Below, one piece after another: positions 55,401 through 64,000 of a stretch of DNA of 64,000 nt. Location: NCBI GenBank assembly GCA_964016885.1, contig OZ024741.1, forward strand, positions 1,736,001 through 1,800,000, in the 5' to 3' direction. The translations under genes were made by a program, and so were the position numbers. The notes under the pieces are model-generated. The model searched no databases, was not told the DNA's origin, and saw nothing but the letters and a program-made list of their open reading frames with translations. Origin of the DNA: Eledone cirrhosa (lineage: Eukaryota). Position 1 is the stretch's first letter. The number at the start of each line of letters is the position of its first letter.

Positions 55401-58400
55401 TTGGTATATAGTATATAGACTGGTGTTACTCTGTCCTGGGTACATTGGTATATAGTATATTGACTGGTGTTACCTCTCCATGGTATGTTGGTATATAGTA
55501 TATAGACTGGTGCTACCTGTCCTGGTTATATTGGTATATAGTATATAGCCTGGTGTTACCTGTCCTGGGTATATTGGTATATAGTATATAGACTGGTGTT
55601 ACCTCTACGGGCTATATTGGTATATTGTATATAGACTGTTGTTATCTGTCCTGGGTATATTGGTATATAGTATATAGACAGCTGTTACCTTTCCTGGGTA
55701 CATTGGTATATAGTATATAGACTGCTGTTACCCGACCCTGGTATATTCGTATATAGTATATAGACTGGTGTTACCTGTCCTGGATATATTGGTATATCGT
55801 ATACAGTCTGGTGTTACCTGTCCTCGGTATATTGGTATATAGTATATAGACTGGTGTTACATCTCCTGGGTATATTGGTATATATTATATAGACTGGTGT
55901 TACATGTCCTGGGTATATTGGAATATAGTATATAGACTGGTGTTACTTTTCCCTGGTATATTGGTATATAGTATATAGACTGGTGTTACCTGTCCTGGGT
56001 ATATTGGTATATAGTATATAGACTGGTGTTACCTGTCCAGGGTATATTGGTATATTGGTATATAGTATATATACTGGTGTTACCTCCCCCTTTTATATTG
56101 GTATATAGTATATAGTCTAGTGTTACCTGTCCTAGGTATATTGGTATATAGTATATAGACTGGTGTTACCTGTCCTGGGTATATTGGTATATAGTATATA
56201 TACTGGTGTTACCTGTCCTGGGTATATTGTTATATAATATATAGACTGGTGTTACCTCTCCCTGGTATATTGGTATATAGTATTTAGTCTGGTGTTACCT
56301 GTCCTCGGTATATTGGTATATAGTATATAGAGAGGTGTTACGTGTCCTGGCTATATTGGTATATAGTATATAGACTGGTGTTACTCTGTCCTGGGTACAT
56401 TGGTATATAGTATATTGACTGGTGTTACCTCTCCATGGTATGTTGGTATATATTATATAGACTGGTGTTACCTGTCCTGGTTATATTGGTATATAGTATA
56501 TAGCCTGGTGTTACCTGTCCTGGGTATATTGGTATATAGTATATAGACTGGTGTTACCTCTACGGGGTATATTGGTATATTGTATATAGACTGTTGTTAT
56601 CTGTCCTGGATATATTGGTATATAGTATATAGACTGGTGTTACCTGTCTTGGGTATATTGTTATATAGTATATAGACTGGTGTTACCTGTCCTGGGTATA
56701 TTGGTATATAGTATATAGACTGGTGTTACCTCGCCTGGGTATATTGGTATATAGCATATAGACTGGTGTTACCTCTCCTGGGTATATTGGTATATAATAT
56801 ATAGACTGGTGTTACCTGTCCTGGGTATATTGTTATATATTATATAGACTCGTGTTACCTGTCCTGGATATATTGGTATATAGTATATAGACTGGGGTTA
56901 CCTGACCTGGTCATATTGGTATATGGTATATAGACTGGTTTTACCTGTCCTGGGTATATTGGTATATAGTATATAGACTGCTGTTACCCGACCCTGGTAT
57001 ATTCGTATATAGTATATAGACTGGTGTTACCTCTCCTGGGTATATTGGTATATAGTATATCGACTGGTGTTACCTGTCCTGGGTATACTGGTATATAGTA
57101 TATAGACTGGTGTTACCTCGCTTGGGTATATTGGTATATAGTATATAGACTAGTGTTACCTCTCCTGGGTATATTGGTATATAGTATATAGACTGGTGTT
57201 ACCTGTCTTGGGTATATTGGTATATAGTATATAGACTGGTGTTACCTGTCCTGGGTATATTGGTATATAGTATATAGACTGCTGTTACCTGTCCTGGGTA
57301 TATTGGTATATAGTATATAGACTGGGGTTACCTATCCTGGGTATATTGTATATAGTATATAGACTCGTGTTACCTCTATTGGTATATTGGTTTATAGTAT
57401 ATAGACTGGTGTTATCTGTCCTGGATATATTGGTATATTGTATATAGACTGGTGTTTCCTCTCCTGGGTATATTGGTATATTTTATATTGACTGGTGTTA
57501 CCTGTCCTGGGTATATTGGTATATAGTATATAGACTGGTGTTACCTCTCCTGGGTATATTGGTATATAGTATATAGACTGTTGTTACCTGTATGGATATA
57601 TTAGTATATAGTATATAGACTGGTGTTATATTCTCCTGGGTATAATGATATATAGTATATAGACAGGTTTTACATCTGCTGGGTATATTGCTATATAGTA
57701 TATAGACTGCTGTTACCTGTCCTGGGTATATTGGTATATAGTATATAGACTGGTGTTACCTGTCCTGGGTATATTGGTATATAGTATATAGACTGCTGTT
57801 ACCTATCCTGGGTATATTGGTATATAGTATATAGACTGGTGTTACCTCTCCTGGGTATATTGGTATATAGTATATAGACTGGTGTTACCTCGCCTGGGTA
57901 TATTGGTATATAGTATATAGACTGGTGTTACTTCTCCTGGGTATATTGGTATATAGTACATAGACTGGTGTTACCTGTCCTGGGTATATTGGTATATAGT
58001 ATATAGACTGGTGTTTCCTGTCTTGGGTATATTGGTATATAGTAGAAAAACTGGTGTTACCTCTCCTGGGTATATTGGTATATAGTATATAGACTGGTGT
58101 TACCTCGCCTGGGTATATTGGTATATAGTATATAGACTGGTGTTACCTCTACTGGGTATATTGGTATATAGTATATACACTGGTTTTACCTGTCCTGGGT
58201 ATATTGGTATGTAGTATATAGACTTGTGTTACCTGTCCTTGGTATATTGGTATATAGTATATACACTGCTGTTACCTGTCCTGCGTATATTGGTATATAG
58301 TATAGAGACTGGTGTTACCCTCTCCTGGGTATATTGGTATACAGTATATAGACTGGTATAACATCTCCAGGGTATAATGGTATATATTATATATACTGGG

Positions 58401-61400
58401 GTTACCTGTCCTGGGTATATTGGTATATAGTATATAGACTGTTGTTACCCCTCCTGGGTATATTGGTATATAGTATATAGACTGGTGTTACCTGTGCTGG
58501 GTATATTGGTTTATAGTATATAGACTGGTGTTACCCTGTCCTGGGTATATTGGTATATAGTATATAGACTGGTGTTACCTCTCCTGGGTATATTGGTATA
58601 TAGTATATAGACTGGTGTTACCTGTCCTGGGTATATTGGTATATAGTATATAGACTGGTGTTACCCTGTCCTGGGAATATTGGTATATAGTATATAGGCT
58701 GGTGTTACCTCTCCTGGTATATTGGTATATAGCATATAGACTGGTGTTACCTCTCCTGGGTATATCGGTATATAGTATATAGACTGGTGTTACCTGTCCT
58801 GGGTATATTGCTATATAGTATATAGACTGGTGTTACTTCTCCCAGGGATATTGGTATATAGTATATAGAATGGTTTTACATTTCCTGGGTATATTGTTAT
58901 ATAGTATATAGACTGGTGTTACCTGACCTGGGTATATTGGTATATAGTATATAGACTTGGATTACCTGTCCTGGTTATATTGGTATATAGTATTTAGACA
59001 GGTGTTACCTCTCACAGGTATATTGGTATATAGTATATAGACTGGTGCTACGTCTCCTGGGTATATTGGTATATAGTACATAGACTGGTGTTACCCTGTA
59101 CTGGGTATATTGGTATATAGCATATAGACTGGTTTTACCTCTCCTGGGTATATTGGTATATAGTATATAGACAGGTGTTACCTCTCCCAGGTGTATTGGT
59201 TTATAGCATATAGGCTGGTGTAACCTGTCCTGGGCATATTGGTATGTAGTATATAGACAAGTGTTACCCCTTCTGGGTATATTGGTATATAGTATATAGA
59301 CTGGTGTTACCTCTCCTGGGTATATTGGTATATAGTATATAGACTGGTGTTACCTCGCCTGGGTATATTGGTATATAGTATATAGACTGGTGTTACCTGT
59401 GCTGGGTATATTGGTTTATAGTATATAGACTGGTGTTACCCTGTCTTGGGTATATTGGTATATAGTATATAGACTGGTGTTACCTCTCCTGGGTTTATTG
59501 GTATATAGTATATAGACTGGTGTTACCTGTCCTGGGTATATTGGTATATATTATATAGACTGCTGTTACCCTGTCCTGGGTATATTGTTATATAATATAT
59601 AGATTGGTGTTACCTCTCCTGGGTATATTGGTATATAGTATATAGACTGGTGTTACCCTGTCCTGGGTATATTGGTATATAGTATATAGGCTGGTGTTAC
59701 CTCTCCTGGTATATTGGTATATAGCATATAGACTGGTGTTACCTCTCCTGGGTATATCGGTATATAGTATATAGACTGGTGTTACCTGTCCTGGGTATAT
59801 TGCTATATAGTATATAGACTGGTGTTACTTCTCCAGGTTATATTGGTATTTTATATATAGACTGGTGTTAACTGCCCTGGGTATATTGGTATATAGTATG
59901 TAGACTGGTGTTACCTGTCCTGGGTATATTAGTATATAGTATATAGACTGGTGTTACCTGTCCTGGGTATATTGGTATATAGTATATAGACTGGTGTTAC
60001 CTCTCTTGGGTATATTGGTATATAGTATATAGATTGGTGTTACCTCTCCTAGGTATATTGGTATATAGTATATAGAATGGTTTTACATTTCCTGGGTATA
60101 TTGTTATATAGTATATAGACTGGTGTTACCTGACCTGGGTATATTGGTATATAGTATTTAGACAGGTGTTACCTCTCCCAGGTATATTGGTATATAGTAT
60201 ATAGACTGGTGCTACGTCTCCTGGGTATATTGGTATATAGTACATAGACTGGTGTTACCCTGTACTGGGTATATTGGTATATAGCATATTGACTGGTTTT
60301 ACCTCTACTGGGTATATTGGTATATAGTATATAGACAGGTGTTACCTCTCCCAGGTGTATTGGTATATAGCATATAGGCTGGTGTAACCTGTCCTGGGCA
60401 TATTGGTATATAGTATATAGACAAGTGTTACCCCTTCTGGGTATATTGGTATATAGTATATAGACTGGTGTTACCTCTCCTGGTTATATTGGTATATAGT
60501 TTATAGGTTGGTGTTACCTGTACTGGGTATATTCGTATATAGTATATATACTGGTGTTACCTATCCTGGCAATATTGGTATATAGTATATAGACTTGTGT
60601 TACCTCTCCCTGGTATATCGGTATATAGTATATAGACTGGTGTTACCCTGTCCTGGGTATATTGGTATATAGTATATAGACTGGTGTTACTTCTCCTGGG
60701 TATAATAGTATATAGTATATAGATTGGTGTTACCTGTCCTGGGTATATTGATATATAGTATATAGACTGGTGTTACCTGTCCTGGGTATATTGGTATATA
60801 GTATATAGACTGGTGTTACCCTGTCCTGTGTATATTGGTATATAGTATATTGACTGGTGTTACCTCTACACGGTATATTGGTATATAGTATATAGACTGG
60901 TGTTAACTGTCCTGGTTATATTTGGTATATAGTATATAGTCTGGTGTTACCTGTCCTGGTTATATTGGCATATAGTATATAGACTGGTGTTACCTGTCCT
61001 GGGTATATTGGTATATAGTATATAGACTGTTGTTCCTTCTCCCTGGTATATTTTAGTATATAGTATATAGACTGGTGTTACCTCTGTGGGTATATTGGTA
61101 TATACTATATAGACTGGTGTTACCTCTCCTGGGTTTATTGGTATATTTTATATTGACTGGTGTCACCTGTTCTGGGTATAAGAGCATGTAGTATATAGAC
61201 TTGTGTTTCCTCTCCTGGGTATATTGGTATATAGTATATAGACTGCTGTTACCTATCCTGGGTATATTGGTATATAGTATATAGACTGGTGTTACCTCTC
61301 CTGGGTATATTGGTATATAGAATATAGACTGGTGTTACGTCGCCTGGGTATATTGGTATATAGTATATAGAATGGTGTTACCTCTCCTGGCTATATTGGT

Positions 61401-64000
61401 AAATAGTATATCGACTGGTGTTACCTGTCCTGGGTATATTGGTATATAGTATATAGACTGGTGTTACCTGTCCTGGGTATATTGTTATATAGTATATAGA
61501 CAGCTGTTACCTTTCCTGGGTATATTGGTATATAGTATATAGACTGCTGTTACCCGACCCTGGTATATTCGTATATAGTATATAGACAGGTGTTACTTGT
61601 CCTGGATATATTGGTATATAGTATATAGACTGGTGTTACCTGTCCTCGGTATATTGGTATATAGTATATAGACTGGTGTTACCTCTCCTGGGTATATTGG
61701 TATATATTATATAGACTGGTGTTACTTGTCATGGGTATATAGGAATATAGTATATAGACTGGTGTTACTTCTCCCTGGTATATTGGTATATAGTATATAG
61801 ACGGGGGTTACCTGTCCTGGGTATATTGGTATATAGTATATAGACTGGTTTTACCTCTCCCTTTTATATTGGTATATAGTATATAATCTAGTGTTACCTG
61901 TCCTAGGTATATTGGTTTATAGTATATAGACTGGTGTTACCTGTCCTGGGTATATTGGTATATAGTATATATACTGGTGTTACCTGTCCTGGGTATATTG
62001 TTATATAATATATAGACTGGTGTTACCTCTCCCTGGTATATTGGTATATAGTATATAGTCTGGTGTTACCTGTCCTTGGTATATTGGTATATAGTATATA
62101 GAGAGGTGTTATCTGTCCTGGCTATATTGGTATATAGTATATAGACTGGTGTTACTCTGTCCTGGGTACATTGGTATATAGTATATTGACTGGTGTTACC
62201 TCTCCATGGTATGTTGGTATATATTATATAGACTGGTGTTACCTGTCCTGGTTATATTGGTATATAGTATATAGCCTGGTGTTACCTGTCCTGGGTATAT
62301 TGGTATATAGTATATAGACTGGTGTTACCTCTACGGGGTATATTGGTATATTGTATATAGACTGTTGTTATCTGTCCTGGATATATTGGTATATAGTATA
62401 TAGACGGGTATAACCTCTCCAGGGTATAATGGTATATATTATATAGACTGGGGTTACCTATCCTGGGTATATTGTATATAGTATATAGACTCGTGTTACC
62501 TCTATTGGTATATTGGTTTATAGTATATAGACTGGTGTTATCTGTCCTGGATATATTGGTATATTGTATATAGACTGGTGTTACCTCTCCTGGGTATATT
62601 GGTATATTTTATATTGACTGGTGTTACCTGTCCTGGGTATATTGGTATATAGTATATAGACTGGTGTTACCTCTCCTGGGTATATTGGTATATAGTATAT
62701 AGACTGTTGTTACCTGTATAGATATATTAGTATATAGTATATAAACTGGTGTTATATTCTCCTGGGTATAATGATATATAGTATATAGACAGGTTTTACA
62801 TCTGCTGGGTATATTGGTATATAGTATATAGACTGCTGTTACCTGTCCTGGGTATATTGGTATATAGTATATAGACTGGTGTTACCTGTCCTGGGTATAT
62901 TGGTATATAGTATATAGACTGCTGTTACCTCTCCTGGGTATATTGGTATATAGTATATAGACTGGTGTTACCTCTCCTGGGTATATTGGTATATAGTATA
63001 TAGACTGGTGTTACCTCGCCTGGGTATATTGGTATATAGTATATAGACTGGTGTTACCTCTCCTGGGTATATTGGTATATAGTATATAGACTGGTGTTAC
63101 CTGTCCTGGGTATATTTGTATATAGTATATAGACTGGTGTTTCCTGTCCTGGGTATATTGGTATATAGTAGAAAAACTGGTGTTACCTCTCCTGGGTATA
63201 TTGGTATATAGTATATAGACTGGTGTTACCTCGCCTGGGTATATTGGTATATAGTATATAGACTGGTGTTACCTCTACTGGGTATATTGGTATATAGTAT
63301 ATAGACTGGTTTTACCTGTCTTGGGTATATTGGTATGTAGTATATAGACTTGTGTTACCTGTCCTTGGTATATTGGTATATAGTATATACACTGCTGTTA
63401 CCTGTCCTGCGTATATTGGTATATAGTATAGAGACTGGTGTTACCCTCTCCTGGGTATATTGGTATACCGTATATAGACTGGTATAACCTCTCCAGGGTA
63501 TAATGGTTTATATTATATATACTGGGGTTACCTGTCCTGGGTATATTGGTATATAGTATATAGACTGTTGTTACCCCTCCTAGGTATATTGGTATATAGT
63601 ATATAGACTGGTGTTACCTGTGCTGGGTATATTGGTTTATAGTATATAGACTGGTGTTACCCTGTCCTGGGTATATTGGTATATAGTATATAGACTGGTG
63701 TTACCTCTTCTGGGTATATTGGTATATAGTATATAGACTGGTGTTACCTGTCCTGGGTATATTGGTATATAGTATATAGACTGGTGTTACCCTGTCCTGG
63801 GAATATTGGTATATAGTATATAGGCTGGTGTTACCTCTCCTGGTATATTGGTATATAGCATATAGACTGGTGTTACCTCTCCTGGGTATATCGGTATATA
63901 GTATATAGACTGGTGTTACCTGTCCTGGGTATATTGCTATATAGTATATAGACTGGTGTTACTTCTCCCAGGGATATTGGTATATAGTATATAGAATGGT
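22411..64000 (+). repeat. 43-bp satellite DNA array, right segment (continues beyond window end)
   Basis: Uninterrupted monomers in the same orientation. No non-satellite sequence seen. Confidence 0.99.
39070..59390 (+). repeat. Homogenised HOR domain: 955-bp (22-monomer) units nested in 4.35-5.8-kb super-units
   Basis: (G/T)AGAGGTGTTACGTGTCC at 39438/40393/41348, 44319/45274, 48673/49628/51064 and 54420/55375/56330 (step 955 = 22x43+9). AGTAGAAAAACTGG at 42631, 46985, 52775 and 58041. Domain boundaries are approximate. Confidence 0.88.

Noticed and set aside
1-64000. CRISPR-array-like alternation of a constant and a variable segment
   Set aside because: The variable part is only about 9 nt of point variants of one consensus, not unique spacers. 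There is no leader or cas gene, and the array has HOR structure typical of satellite DNA.
1-64000. Telomeric repeat or G-quadruplex array
   Set aside because: No TTAGGG or TTAGG tracts, and only one GGG per 43 bp. A centromeric or subtelomeric location cannot be decided from sequence alone.

Overview
This window is almost entirely one eukaryotic-type satellite array: about 1,450 head-to-tail copies, all in the same orientation, of a 43-bp monomer (consensus GACTGGTGTTACCT[G/C]TCCTGGGTATATTGGTATATAGTATATA). No credible protein-coding or RNA gene is present; all supplied ORFs are by-products of repeats. The only non-satellite DNA is two copies (889 bp and 778 bp, minus strand) of a non-autonomous Helitron. 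Each has a 5'-TC start, a 3' GC-rich hairpin followed by CTAG, insertion between A and T without a target-site duplication, and an internal 37-bp tandem repeat (5 versus 2 full units). Both copies occupy the same position in a ~2.3-kb satellite block, and empty versions of that site are visible elsewhere in the window. Diagnostic monomer variants reveal nested higher-order repeats (HORs). The left domain runs 43 -> 1,195 -> 4,662 bp, the middle is more heterogeneous, and the right domain runs 43 -> 955 -> 4.35-5.8 kb. All coordinates and counts were obtained by eye, and the organism cannot be identified from the sequence.
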